A DNA stretch of 64,000 nt, taken from positions 34,925 through 98,924 of the forward strand of contig NMRA01000765.1 of assembly GCA_002633005.1 (NCBI GenBank), in the 5' to 3' direction. Below are positions 25,001-38,099 of this stretch, in pieces (position 1 is the stretch's first letter; every line of letters begins with the position of its first letter). Source of the DNA: Phoronis australis. Its lineage: Eukaryota; Animalia; Phoronida. Below the pieces are notes generated by a model. The model saw nothing but the letters and a program-made list of their open reading frames with translations. It did no database searches and was not told the origin of the DNA. Made by a program: the position numbers and the translations under genes.

Positions 25001-26341
25001 CACGGTTGAGAAACAACATGACCGCCGGTCCTCTAAATCGGACCGACTCACCCAAAACAGGACTGAAGCACCTAAAAACATGACCGCCCCACCACAAAAC
25101 AGGACCGCCGGGGACTGAATAGTTAAGGCCTTTGTCTGATACTAACTGACGTAACCAGTCAGATAGCTGTGTAAAGACTATCGCCAAAATAAAGCTTGAC
25201 AGCTAAGCATTATTGAGCTCCGTTACATCCCCTAAATTTCCCACAGCCCGGGTAGTTCTGCTATTCAGCTTGTCGTGAAACTTACATCAACATGTAGTAG
25301 AGCGCGCGAACGGCGCAGGCACATGCAAAATCTAGGCGTCAACCAACACTCACCTTGCAGGTTGCAACCGCTTGAGTGAAAAACAATCTATGAACTATTG
25401 TAACAATAAGTCTGTCGTGACATGTGTACGCGCCATTTCCTCAGAAAAATTTTGCAACTTCTTTCGGAAGATGATGACAACTTCGCGGCAACAAGATTTG
25501 TTCTGAAATTCGGTTTGCTGGTATTAAAATACTAAAAACTTATAACGAAATGAAACCAGTTTCGATAATTTGTTGTGCCAGGTACGCAACGTTGTAGAAG
25601 AACAGTTGACTGAGGAATCGGGGGAAAAGAACCGACCAATGTAAGCCCACTTAAGAGAACACAGAATAACGACAGAACGGCAATTTCTCTCGAGCGCCGA
25701 TGAAATAATTTAGTTTACTCGCTGGGTGAAGATTTTACATGTTCAGTTTTTTACCCACATTGGCGCAAAGCTGCATATTTAGTATATAGCTTTGCCGCAG
25801 AAAGGCAGCTAGTATGATGATGCTTCACCCGAGAACCAGAACGCCCGTTTTTACTTGACTAACTTTAAACGTCAAATTGGAGAAAATGATTTTCATTTTG
25901 TTCTAAAACTTGCGCAGTGGATAAAATTATAATTATTTAGCTCAAAAGCGTACAACATGGCTGTTTTGTGTTAGATTTATTAAATGTTGACTTTTCAACT
26001 GTTTATAAGTCACATACCGCAGCCGGGAGCCTGGTGATGAGTAAAACTCAAAAGCGCCGCGTATTGCCAAGCGAAGTGTCCTCTGTTGCGCACAAAAGAT
26101 TTTGGTGGATTAATCGGCACTAGACCTGCATATGCATACATATATAGCCCCATTGTATGATCTGTGTAGGCCTAACGGTAATAAATCTTAGCCCGTTAGT
26201 CATTGCGGTTTTAGTCCCCGGCGGTCCTGTTTTGTGGTGGGGCGGTCATGTTCTTAGGTGCGTCAGTCCCATTTTCTGGTGCAGCAGTCCCATTTGATCC
26301 CCGAAGGTCCTGTTTAGAGGTCATGTTGTTTCTCACCCGTG
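25001..26341. mobile_element. Non-autonomous TIR element with CAC...GTG ends and a 5-bp TSD (Transib-like signature)
   Basis: CACGG(T/G)TGAGAAACAACATGACC termini, imperfect TIR of about 115-130 bp, TSD cacaa at 24996-25000 and 26342-26346. Confidence 0.75.
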
Positions 26342-26589
26342 CACAAGAAACTGTAGGAACACCATATTTATCCACCTTCACTGTTATCAGGCTTCTATTG
26401 TGATTCAGCATGCGTGAATAATTGGCTGATAAGCCACCTATGGAACTACTTTTGGCTGAATGGATGACCCAGCCATAAAATGATAAATAGACAAGACCTG
26501 TTAACTAATGCAGCAAAGAATAATGTCCTAGCATCACCTAGCCTTGGTGGAAAGCTGTATACTGTATTGGCTCAAACAAACGATTATTG

Positions 26590-27070
26590 TAGCCTAAGGC
26601 AGTTAAAACCCGGTTTCCGAAACGGGTAAGATTGGAAACTAGGATTCATCAAATTTACGCTCTGTGACGTATTTGTAGCCTATGACAGTCTTTCTACAAA
26701 ATTGTGGTGCATTGCGATCAAACTCCATTGTTAAATTACGATCATTTTTCAAAAAATTGTGCTGAGATCCTAGGGCGAAAACTTGCCGACTGATACGTCG
26801 CTGAATCGCAATCGTCAATAGGAAAACTTGAATTCTTGAATAAAAATAGGGTTTCGACTCAACAAATTACCTGAAATCTTCCTTATGCTTTACAATTTTT
26901 AAAGTTCATGTGGACTCCAGATTAATTGCGATTAAGTCCAAATCTGCGCTACATTGTACCCCACAACACGAGAAAAATCTCTGGATGAACACACACGTTG
27001 TTGTCACGTGAAGTTTGTTTTGAAGTTTGTCTGCATATGAGAGTGAGTGCGCGTGCGGGTCATCGACAGA
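26590..27070 (+). repeat. Dispersed repeat; the homolog at 48050-49685 is split by nested insertions
   Basis: Shared tctgtga..tgta.cctatgacag.ctttctacaaaa..gtgg and aaattacctgaaatc strings. Confidence 0.7.
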
Positions 27071-28449
27071 CTTTTTTGTTACAAAAGGAGGATCATGCAA
27101 GAAAATGGCGTTTACTAGATTGTTTTTCAATTAAACGGCTGCAACGTGCAAGATGACTGCCGGTTAACTCACAGATTTTGTGTGCACAGGCCGACGGTCG
27201 TTAGCTCTACCGTGGAGTAAAACATTAATAGTCGTAGGCTCGATCTACATGTTGGGGACAAGGTGACAAGGTGAACTACCCGGGCTGTGTGAAATTTCTG
27301 GGTCTAACGGAGACACTGACGCAGTGGTCAGCCAGCTTGCTGTATCAAGACTAATGTCAAAATCCAAATTCGTTTTATCGTGTTCCTGTCAATAATAATG
27401 GCATGCTAAATTTTTACAATGTTCGTACTTCAGGAACACGACATCACGTGTTTTGTAGACATACGCGCACGCCGCAGATCACATCTCGGAAATTCCCAAT
27501 TTGACGGATGACAATGAATGAGCACAATGAAATTAAACATTTTACAGCTTGTAAGATTCATAATAAACATATTTTGAATATTGCAATGCATGTGTTCCAA
27601 AATCTAAATAACTTGGGTCCTATAATTTTGTATTCGTGCGCGCCGAATGAAAGTAATCGTGAGTGTTACTGTGTTGCAAAATCACTTATCCTGGGCCGAT
27701 TTGAAAAATTCAAAGTTGTTCTCATATTTGTTTTCGTTCCTCTTTTCAAATATTACAGTTAAACTTACGTAAAACTCTCTCCATAAAAAGTACAGTCTGC
27801 TACGCCAGATTGTAATCAGGTGATCATATCCGCATGAGCGAAGCCAATTATCCTCGCTCGTGACTTGATGAATAGAGCAGCTTGGCGGCATCCCTTTGAT
27901 CGTGAGCTGAGCGCAACTCAGCCTTAGGTGGATAAATACAGTCTAGTTCAATCTGCCAAACCCCACTGTTTACCCTGATAGGCGGGTTTGGGCCAATCTT
28001 TTTTAGTGGGAATGTTTATAGCATGACCATGTTCAGTAAGAGTGTGACTTTCTGTCTTGGGAACAACTGACAGTTTTACATACTTTGTGAGTTATTTTCT
28101 GCAGTGAAGGCACCAAGAAAAAACAAACTGGGAAGATGTGACGTACTTGCTCGCTTTCAAAATGGAGAGGCACTCTGCCAAAACCCAAAAAAAGAAACCA
28201 CAGTAAAGCAGCCATAACTGTTACTGTTAAAACTGATATTTTGGGCTTGGAGTGGGTAACTATGACTGTTATTGTATAATGCATGGGCAGCGCACAACAG
28301 GGGGCTGGGGCTATAGCCCCCCACTTTTTTCAGTGCTGCGGCGTCCATGATATGGATATGTAGATGAAAACTATATATGTTAAGTAAACAGGCCTCCGGT
28401 CCACATTGCAATTTAACAAAAATAGCAAATTTATGTTTTACACATCACT

Positions 28450-29500
28450 TTAAAATCTTTTTATTGAGTTTCTGCATGTACCATAAACTTGGCAAGTACA
28501 TGCCTTACTTTCTCCCATCTTTAATCTCTTAAACATGACAATACTTGATGATATATTACCAACATATCTGTTTCTAGCTTCATCATATAATGGGCATTCC
28601 AACAAAACAGTGTTCTGTTCCAATACAATTCATACTGCAGCCCAGGCATGTTCTCTCATTGACCCATGTGTCTCCCTCCTTTAACACTCATGGGAGAATG
28701 GCCACAACATCTAAGTCTAGCCAAAGCGGATCTGAGCAAAGCACTATGAAAATGCCTTATATAACCTTGTGACAAGAAATCAGTTTATAGTATCTAACGA
28801 CTGTGAGGAAATTTTATCTTCCCAATGTTGTAGGTCAATGTCAATACATCGTTGCTTAAATTCCTTTATAAAATTATACACATCTCTTACAGCTTAGTAC
28901 ATCCAGACCATTCCAAAACCATATTTAAACAGAATTTTCTTCACAAATTTAATACCCAACGAGGTCTATTAACTTCAGCCATTTCACACTGTACATCACA
29001 ACATATTCTAGTGTATCTACATCTGCATGACTCGGTGAGAAGTCAAAACCAGTACTTAATTACTCTGCTTATCATCAATACTTTTGTAGTTGTTCATCCA
29101 TGATCACCTCTAGCAGCAGCATTTGAGACGTTCGGACCAAGTTGCAACAGATATCTGCAGGACTTAATATGAATAATTTCTATGTCTATGGCTTCATGGA
29201 AACCCCAAATTTTTGAGCCATATAATAAAATTGGGCAAAATTTTAGACCCTGAGTAAAATAATTTCCACCATAATGACATCGGCATGTCGATTAAATTTA
29301 TCACGTTACATAACAGGTAGTGCTCTGGATGCCTTTTTCAGAAAGGGATTTTGTGAAGACACCTTTCGTAGAGAATGTTACGCCTAAATAATTGTATTCC
29401 AAAGCCACATCAATTTTTTCAGTGAATATCTTCCATTGTTCACAACGACTGAAATAGCCACCATACTTCTGTCTGGATATGTTTATGCGCAATTTCCACC
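28450..29500 (-). mobile_element. Degenerate LINE (L2/CR1-group) ORF2 C-terminal fragment
   Basis: YNYLGVTFS and YGSKIWG..IEIIH.K.CR motifs with stops and frameshifts. Confidence 0.6.
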
Positions 29501-30537
29501 TGTTACAGTAATCTTATTGTCTTTGAGCTGGCTCCAAACTTTTTTACTGTTTTCCTCTCAAGATAACTGCAACAACTTCGCAGTGGCATTCTTCTTCAAC
29601 TTCTTTTTTATATTCCATTATTTTTTTGATATTTTGTTATGTTTTTATACTTGTTGAAATTTTAAAGTTTGGTTTCACCTATAATTTCTAAGGTGACGTT
29701 GCATCTCCAGTTTACATTCTTGACACCCTTTATCAAACCAGTTATCACAATGCAGTCACTGCGGACAATGACAAAGTTTCACACCAGAGCTCAAAGCTGA
29801 GCTTTCAACTAATTAGTACTGACACACTTTTTATAACTTCACCAATATTACATATGCAGTGACAGCTCTATTGACTCTAAACAGTTAGTGCTATTCACGA
29901 ACATGTTTTCCTCATAATTCTTTTTATTTTGTTCTTTCCATTTTATTTGCCTGTTTAATTTGCAACCCCGCATAAAGTGTTGGGCTCCCAGACTCATCAT
30001 TGAGTTGTGCGACTTATAATTCAATATACATTCAAGTGGGACTTGGTCTGGGTCCACCTGGTCGTCAACTTCAAAACGCTTAAATGAATGTTAAAACATT
30101 TTCACTGATTGAAACATAATCCACAAAACTACTTCCTCAATGTGTTACGCAAGTCATGTAAAACTTCCCAAACCTCCGTCTTCCACAATTTGACTATTTA
30201 AAATTCGCATTTTACAGTTTTTACACAGAACAGTAACTCAAGAACATATTAAATTCATTGTCTTGAGATATACCTCATAATTTACAAAGTCATTTAGGAT
30301 CACTGGCAGTGTAGCCATTGAAGTCGCGATACAAAAGAATATAGGGGGCACAGCAGTATTCGGGATGAACTGAAAGTCATCGCCTTCCGTCAACTGCATA
30401 GGAACACACCTGCCAAATTTCAATAAGATCCTGCAAGTGGTTTCAGAGACTCCCAGACAGAGATGATGGCACTATGCACCCACATATGAATACGTTGGCG
30501 CATAAAAATGGAAAGCCAATATAATACAGCCGCTCAC

Positions 30538-30720
30538 CTTCAGTGACAACAGAGTTTGATATAATGATATCACAATTCTTCTTCTTGATGTGGTTCATAA
30601 CCAATGCTGTCACATATTTTCCAGTCACCTTGGTGAAATCAGCATCAAATCTCATGGTGATGGTCTTCTTGACCTCCACAACAGTGTCAGCACACTGGGT
30701 TGAAGACACATCAATAGCAG
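30538..30720 (-). CDS. PKHD1L1: PKHD1L1-like gene, SEA-like N-half exon (AAIDVSSTQC...ITMRFDADF...SNSVVTEG)
   Basis: tatttcag acceptor, gtgagc donor, phase 1 to 1, 183 nt. Confidence 0.85.
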
Positions 30721-30844
30721 CTGAAATAATGGGAATAATGTTCAACAATAAGATAAAATAACTACATAGTTAATAGGCTCAACTTAGGTTTAGATATGAG
30801 ACATGTAAGAGCATTATGGTGTTCACCCAAACGCCCCTTCAGAG

Positions 30845-31342
30845 ACTTTACCAGACATAGAGGGTTATGAGCATGTGATATAGCTCCTTTTGTTAACTGC
30901 CAAGGCACAGTCTTCTGTCAGGTGTGACAACAGTCTGGCCAATTATCTCTCAGGCTTATTACAGACCACATGTGAACACAGTCAAACCCAGAGCCCTAAT
31001 TGGCACGTTCGGAAAGAAAAGATTGTTGTAACTTCGCGGTTGTTGTTGGGCGAATTTGGTGATTCACAAACTAAACATGATCAGCATTTGACCAGGAATC
31101 AGAAAAATGCTATTGGTTTATGATTGTTCAAATAGGTTATAACTTAATTTTATTTTTAACAGCACAGCCAAGTCAGGCTAGACATGATCTTATTGGAGAT
31201 TAGAGCAATTATCGAATAAAAGAGTGCTGGCCCTCCAACCATAAATGCCAGAATGGAGTTAATCAGTTGTGTAAGATATTAGCTTCAGAGGTCATCTTCC
31301 CCGCCAACTTGTTGTTGGGCTATAGAATCAAACAAGTTGGGA
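30845..31342 (+). repeat. Hairpin-ended dispersed repeat copy
   Basis: Matches the 21.8 and 61.6 kb copies. Confidence 0.75.
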
Positions 31343-31649
31343 TCAACGAGAAAACACCATAATGGGCTGACCCAATACCGTAAAATAGATGGAAATTCAC
31401 TCCCATGTTCAAGTTTGATCAACAAAATCATGTGCTCAAGGTCGCCAGAGACTGTTAAACGTGCAACACTCAAGTCTGGCATCAGCAGAAAACAAAGAAA
31501 TGGACGATGTGAAATTTCAGTGGGACATAGACAGAAAGAGTAAGAGGAAACGTAGGTGGAAGAGGAGTGACTTTTATTTATATCAAGCTACAAACACTTC
31601 TGAGACCTTGGGAAGATAAGTTTCTAGATACTATTACACAACATAGACT

Positions 31650-33130
31650 TGGATCATAGTCGTTGATTATGAAATTGGTTTAACACTTGGATTAAGCTTG
31701 TAGAGACCCGGTTTTTATTCTGTTTAATGGAGCAGATTGGTATTTCGTGATAGTTATTGTGATAACGAATGTCAAATCTGATAATTCCTCTTGACGACAA
31801 CTGTTGGGAGGGAGAATTAAAATTTTTGGGATGCATAGTTGGAATAGTGACATAATATTTACGCTGGAGTTCTAATGTGACTGGTTGGTATATGTTGGAA
31901 AGGCGTAATAAAAAATTGTCAATGTTAAAATATTTAGGTAGGAATTTGTAGTGAAATTTTGCCAAAGACATTTTAATAAAAGATGTCTTCAAACAGAGAT
32001 TGAGACAGAGTTCCTTAATAAATAATATATGGATAGAGTATGAGCATTAAAACTAGAATAGACAGATTTCAAAGCATTCTCTGCTCGTATCTGCAATAAT
32101 TTTTGTGTTAGTAAAGCCGCAATTAACTTAAAATGCCATAATCTAAATGTGGGAGGACAATTATGAGTTATATATTACAAAGGCTTGAGAACTGTCTGGT
32201 GAAGACTACATTTCCATTGATAAAGTCCGAGTTTTTTAAGTTTGTTTGAAATGAGTTTGTAGGCACCATGAGACGGTAATGCCATGGTAAGGATTTTAAA
32301 TCGTCCATTTGACTGATTGACTAAATTTCTATTTCTACAAATGTGTTGTCGATGGCACACGATTGTTATAAAGTGTGTAGGGAAGATTCACTGAGAGTGT
32401 AAGGTATGACGAGACAAATATCCTCTGCATAAAGAAGTGAGTCCACAGGAGAAGAATACGTGAGATCATTACCGTCATTGTAAATATTAGATTAATATAT
32501 TATTCAATTAAAAAGAGAAGCAGGCTTAGAATAGAGCTTTGAGGAACTCCGGTAGGGCTATTAGAAGCGGTGTCCTTCTGGGAAACATATTAGGTACAGT
32601 TTGAAAAATAAGTATTAAAAATACATCTTCAGCTCCAGAAATGCTGCAATGATTCATCTTTTGGTGGTCTATTATGTCAAAAGCCTTATAGAGATCAAAT
32701 AAAGATGACCAGGGGATTAATGTCACTATCAATTGCAGTCCCAAATTTCAAGTGAAGCACGTTATCTAGAGTTACAGCCATATCAATGTTTATATAATAC
32801 ATCAAATTCAATTAATCGGAAATAAAAAGTTCTGTATGATTTTGTGATAATTTTGAAAATAGTGGGAAGAATAGAAATGGGTCTATAATTGTCAGAGTGC
32901 TCATGTCCAAATCTTGAGAGCATTTGGAAATAAACTGGTACGTAAGCATTCGTTAATAATGGTCATGAGCACTTCAATTAAAAAGCAACTGCTTATTTTG
33001 ATAATTCTGGATACTTTGTCATGATGAGTACTGTTTTTGTATCTATGTCACTAATAATATCTTGTACATGTTTATTATTTATCCATAGGAAAGAAAATTA
33101 AGTTGTTTGGGGATGGAAGATAGTCTTTGA
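31650..33130 (-). mobile_element. Degenerate CR1/L2-type LINE reverse transcriptase fragment
   Basis: DNYRPISILPTIFKI (about 32850-32893), FDLYKAFDIIDH (about 32665-32700), YAED, a YADD-like motif (about 32420). Confidence 0.8.
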
Positions 33131-33454
33131 AAAGCTACTGTAACATTAACTTTGCTCGGCTGGAGTCACAGGTTTACTTTAAAGTTTACACCCGTCATTA
33201 TAAGTATTGCGCTTCTGGTGCACAGAAGCACTTAAATTAGGACATCACCTTTTGTCCAATAACATCAGCAAAACAGCCAAAGTCGATTGACAATTGCTCG
33301 AGGAAGTGACAGATAATAAATATTTAGCAAGACCTATCAAAGAAACAAAACGCATTTTAGTTATTTGGTGAGGATAATGTCATCTTACAAAGTATTGTAT
33401 GAGGACTACAGGAAGCTCAGAAGTTAATAATCTGGGAAATAAACAAGTAATTAC

Positions 33455-33659
33455 CAGATTCCACAGATAGTGAATACTTCTTAGGTGTTGAGTGAACAGA
33501 AAAAGTCACATAATATCTGGCCGCAGAAGTGAATGTGATGTCATTGAAGACCGCTTGGCTTGTGTCTGGGTTCACAGGTACTGTAGTGATGCCAGTGATA
33601 GTGCCACCATTGTACACATAAGGAGATGAGAGTGAGGCTATGGCCATCCACCTGTGACC
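33455..33659 (-). CDS. PKHD1L1: PKHD1L1-like gene, exon of the extra Ig-like repeat (GHRWMAIASL...AVFNDITF...SVES)
   Basis: aattatag acceptor, gtaatt donor, phase 0 to 1, 205 nt; resembles the preceding W...GTTTIP...FTDL repeat. Confidence 0.85.
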
Positions 33660-34115
33660 CTATAATTAATGATTCAGTATTACAGATAAAGCTACACCTA
33701 GTGATGATGGTGATAGTACCACAAGATGGTGCAGTCATCAAGAAATGGGAGTGCTAGGCTGTGGCCTTGCACGTGTGACCCTGTATTTAATGAATGAGTA
33801 TTAATATGAAGTTCCACCTAGTGGTGCCGGTGATGGTACCACCATTGTACACACCAGGAGATGAGAGTGAGGCTGTGGACTTCCATGTGTGACCCTATAA
33901 TTAATGAATGAGTAGATGGAGATCCACCTAGTGATGCTGGTAATAGTACCACCATTGTACACATCAGGAGATGAGAGTGAGGCTGTAGACTTCCATGTGT
34001 GACCCTATAATTAATGAATGGGTAGACGGAGATCCACCTAGTGATGCTGGTGATGGTACCACCATTGTGTATGTTAGGAGATAAATGCTGCCACTGCCTT
34101 CCACGCATGACCCCA
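33660..34115 (-). repeat. Four tandem partial copies (about 110-121 bp) of the acceptor plus 5' part of the 33455-33659 exon
   Basis: The gtgatggtaccaccattgtacac..ggagatgagagtgaggct..gtgaccctataattaatga unit is repeated. Confidence 0.9.
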
Positions 34116-35588
34116 CAGTAGAGATGCGTAATGAGTATGAAAGATGAAATGACTTCATGTCACACAGTGCTTTCCCACAGGGGCGAAACTTAGCGAAGTT
34201 TCAGTAAGTGGAAAAGCTTAGCTCCAGTAATTAATCTGCAAGCAACACTTGGCGGAAAATAGCAGGTGTATCTAGTGACAATTTTGAAATTGCCGTCCAG
34301 TGGGAAGGTAAGCAATGTTCGGCGCAATTTTGGTAAACTGAAGTTGCCTTAATGGGATTAAAGCACAAAGACACAATGGAGTCAGCAGAAAAGGCAGAGC
34401 CGGACTTTGTGCCCTTCTCCATTACAAATATACCCTGTATAATTTCAATTGCTGATGGAAATTAAGCTCTCTGTTCTATTGTGAAACACAATCCCAGCAG
34501 TCTTGTCCAGCATATCACACATGCAGATCCACAAGTCAATTACCTATATATCTTGAAAGAGTTATTAATGAAGTCATTACTTATGTGATTTTGTGCTTCA
34601 CATAAATTAGATCAGCATTCAAGATTCGGCTATGGGTTGGCACCCATAATGGACCTAACACAGGTACATGAAAATTAACAATAACATAAGTTTCAATTAC
34701 TCCAGTCCCTGCCAACACTATAAGGCCCTTTCATAATAACGTCAACACGTTAATGTGTTGGAGAGTTGTGGTCAGTATGAACGATTATCTTCGGTCCTGG
34801 ATCGAAGTTAACAGCGCCAGTTAACTTTGCAGTAAATAAGTGGATTTAACAACAGTGCAGTATGAATGGTTAACAATAGCACTATCCGAGCTTTCGTCAG
34901 GGGCTGCTGTTAATTGTCAACGTTGACGTTAATTGTTGCTAATATTTTGCTAACCACCAATCGACTTAGAAATAACTTTTATGTAAAGTAGCACAATGTT
35001 TAAGTCCCTAAATTATCGCATTTAAAAAATCTTAGCATGCACGTGATGCATCAGCGCTACAATGCAATTACTTCGATGACAACAGCATCAGCTATACGGT
35101 TCACTTTGATATCCGATAACTACCAAAAATAGCAGTTTCTCATACGTATCTATTGACAACATACAAGGTGCCCTGTCAGTTATGACAGATGAAAGATGAA
35201 TGTGGAGCTCAGAAGGGAAACAAATTTGTCAAAATTGAGATCATTCACACACAAGAACAATCATGGTTAATCTATAGACTTATGTTGGCCCATGACAATA
35301 AGAAACAGAGCATGTAGAAGGGTTCAAATTTGAACAAAAAGTGGTTTATGAACACTTGCAGTGTAGACACGGGTTCATGGTCAACTAAATTAAGATCGGT
35401 TGATTGCCTGGAAGTTTTACTGAAACATTAACTTCAGCATGTAACTTCAAATCATAAGGTTCAAGCAATTCTTCTTAATACAGGATTATCAATCAGAGGT
35501 CGTATTTGAGAGACGAAAACCTCACGTGATATGCTATTCTACTTATTGAGACATAACTGCGATAATTTGAAACAAGTAAAGTTCACAC

Positions 35589-35969
35589 CTTCCATGCAAT
35601 GTTATGGTGTTTGTTTCCAGAAAGCAAGTCCTGGATCTCCACCGTGATTGTTGCTGGATTGTTGACTGTGATGTTACCCTGTCCCGGCAGTATGCCAACC
35701 TTCAGCTGTTGTTCGGCAACAGAGACCGTCATAGAGTTGGCTGAGAACTTTCCAATGGCATCAGCTGGACTACTGATGGTGAAGTCAATGATATAACCTG
35801 AACCGCTGTGCGAGATGAAAAGGTCTGTGAAGTTGAACCAACCATTCCTGTACGGTATGGTCGTGGTACCCAGAAGTCTAGCACGAAAGTCACTTCCAGA
35901 ATTGGCTCTCAGTCGAGCAGTTAGCATCCATGGAGAAAGGTTGGAGCCAAGAACTTTGACAACAGCACC
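35589..35969 (-). CDS. PKHD1L1: PKHD1L1-like gene exon (GAVVKVLGSNLSPW...GTTTIPYRNGWFNFTDL...NIAWK)
   Basis: cttttacag acceptor, gtgtga donor, 381 nt, phase 0-0; matches the recalled PKHD1L1 GNTTIPF..WANYTDL region. Confidence 0.92.
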
Positions 35970-38099
35970 CTGTAAAAGATATGTGACCATGTCCACTAAA
36001 GATAGAATTAACAAACACAATATTTCAGATTCTAAGATTTTTGACATACCACAATATTCTTCATTGTGAACAAACTTCATCTATTTGTCTTAACATGTGG
36101 AGAATTTCTCGCTTACACTGGTCACCGCTCTGATTTCCTAAGCCCCAGACAACTTTTATGATGGCTATTCAGCACCTCCTTTGTATTGATGTAGATATGA
36201 GCTAATGAAGTGGAAGGTAATAGCTTAGCCTTGAGCACTACTTTCTTATAAAGGTGGTTGTTATTACACCCAAATTAATTTTCTCTGGCATTTGTACAGA
36301 GTTAAACCCTGCAAAGTGAAGAGTAGTTTTAATTTGGTACACTTTAAATATTACAAAAAGACTTGGTTTTAAATATGTTTAAAACCTGTTTTCATTGCTT
36401 TATTTTTAATACTCCTGTCTACTTGTTTTTTCCTTACTGGTTAGGGGTGCTTTTGTTTTATTTTGTTTTTAAACAAAGTATCAAAAGAACTTAAAAGTCA
36501 GTTAATTGTGAACCCATCCCTAGTGACTTTTCCAGATTGCAGCTACACCAGACATGTCACAGAAAACAAAACTTCACGTGTCATTGGTTCCATCTTTATT
36601 AGAACACAAATCATAACAAAATATATAAAACATGCAAATATGGTGATAGCCAAAGTTAGGATTTGTTACGTCTGTACGAATTTTGGTTGCAATAACTACA
36701 TAACTACTCTAGCTTTTCCTCAGTCATACAAATGAAATCACAGCTCTTGCCCACCGACCAACCTCATCCAGTTTGCACTCTCTCATTGACTGCAAAGCTA
36801 TCCATCTTCTCGTCTTCACACGTGTTCCATTACAACTACAAGCTATCGAAATTCACTGGCGCATTTCCGCAAATATCAGTTGTCCAGTTAGTGTATTACT
36901 CCTCGAGTAAAGTAGTTCAGCATGCCCTGGACCATAAGTGATGTTTTAAAAGTTACTGACATCTAAATTAGTCACTGTGTGTTGTTTATAGATGTTTCAA
37001 TGCAGCTTAATTGTATATTAAAAGAATAATCCACGTGATATCATTAACTCTGATCAGTGTTTGTAAATCCACCGCGTATATCAATACGTACAGATTGAAG
37101 TTTATCTTCTTTCGAAGTTTTTAGCTTAATAGTTCATTGATTTTTAAAAATCGAAAACCAAACATGGTTGTTTTTTCCATCTGAATACCACTGTGGTATT
37201 TGTTTTTAATGAAAACTGTTGCATAATGCATTTTGAAAATTCCCAGTATGTAGAGGCAGAGATGTTTACTACAGTTTGGTCCGGTAATTACACTTAATGG
37301 GGTCTTGCTTGCAACGGACAATGCGGTCGTCGCAACTGAGTCTGACTCTGGTGCCGCGCTCTCTTTGATCCCGGTAAAAGCTGCTCAGAAGGACGAGCGG
37401 TGAAAAGTCACGCATATCTTTAGAAATGTAGGACTTTTGTGCAAGCGCATTATTCACCGCATGAACAAAATCGATGAAACTGGTTGGGTACACTGTAAGT
37501 CACGAGGTAGTTATTCATTGTGACAGAAACTGTTACCACATATCGTAGCAGGCTTGGGGAAGTATAGTTTGAAAGCGCCACATTTTACAAAGTGAAGTGC
37601 ATGGCAGTGCACAAAAGATTTCAGTGGGATTTATCAGCATACGTAACTAGCCCCATCTTGTGTGACCTGTGTTCACTGTCATGAAACCTTATTACTTTTG
37701 CCTATTTTTCAGTTGCAAAACAAAGCTTCTCAAGTTTTAATCGGAGGTCAAGATTATTTCTTTCGAATTCGTGACCAAATTTGCTGCAACACCATTATAC
37801 ACTTCTGAATTTGTTGTTTGTTAAGGCGTTTTTCAAAGTTCTTCGGCTCTGGGTCTATAAGCGCACTTAGATAGTACGCTTTTCGACTCGTTAAGTTCAT
37901 TCTGTTCGCAAAGTTTTTAAAAAATTAGCAGACCTTTGAAAAGATTCTTGTCGATTAGCATCGCATAATATAGCACGTTTCGTTGCATTGCTATAAGTTT
38001 TGAAACTATTCCAACCACGGACTAATTGGTAGTTATGATAACTTTGAAATAAAAACGATGTTGACCGATAACTAACAACTATATTGATAACCACATACT

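Noticed and set aside
34160-34175. CACAGTG RSS-like heptamer
   Set aside because: No matching nonamer, partner end or TSD found; expected by chance
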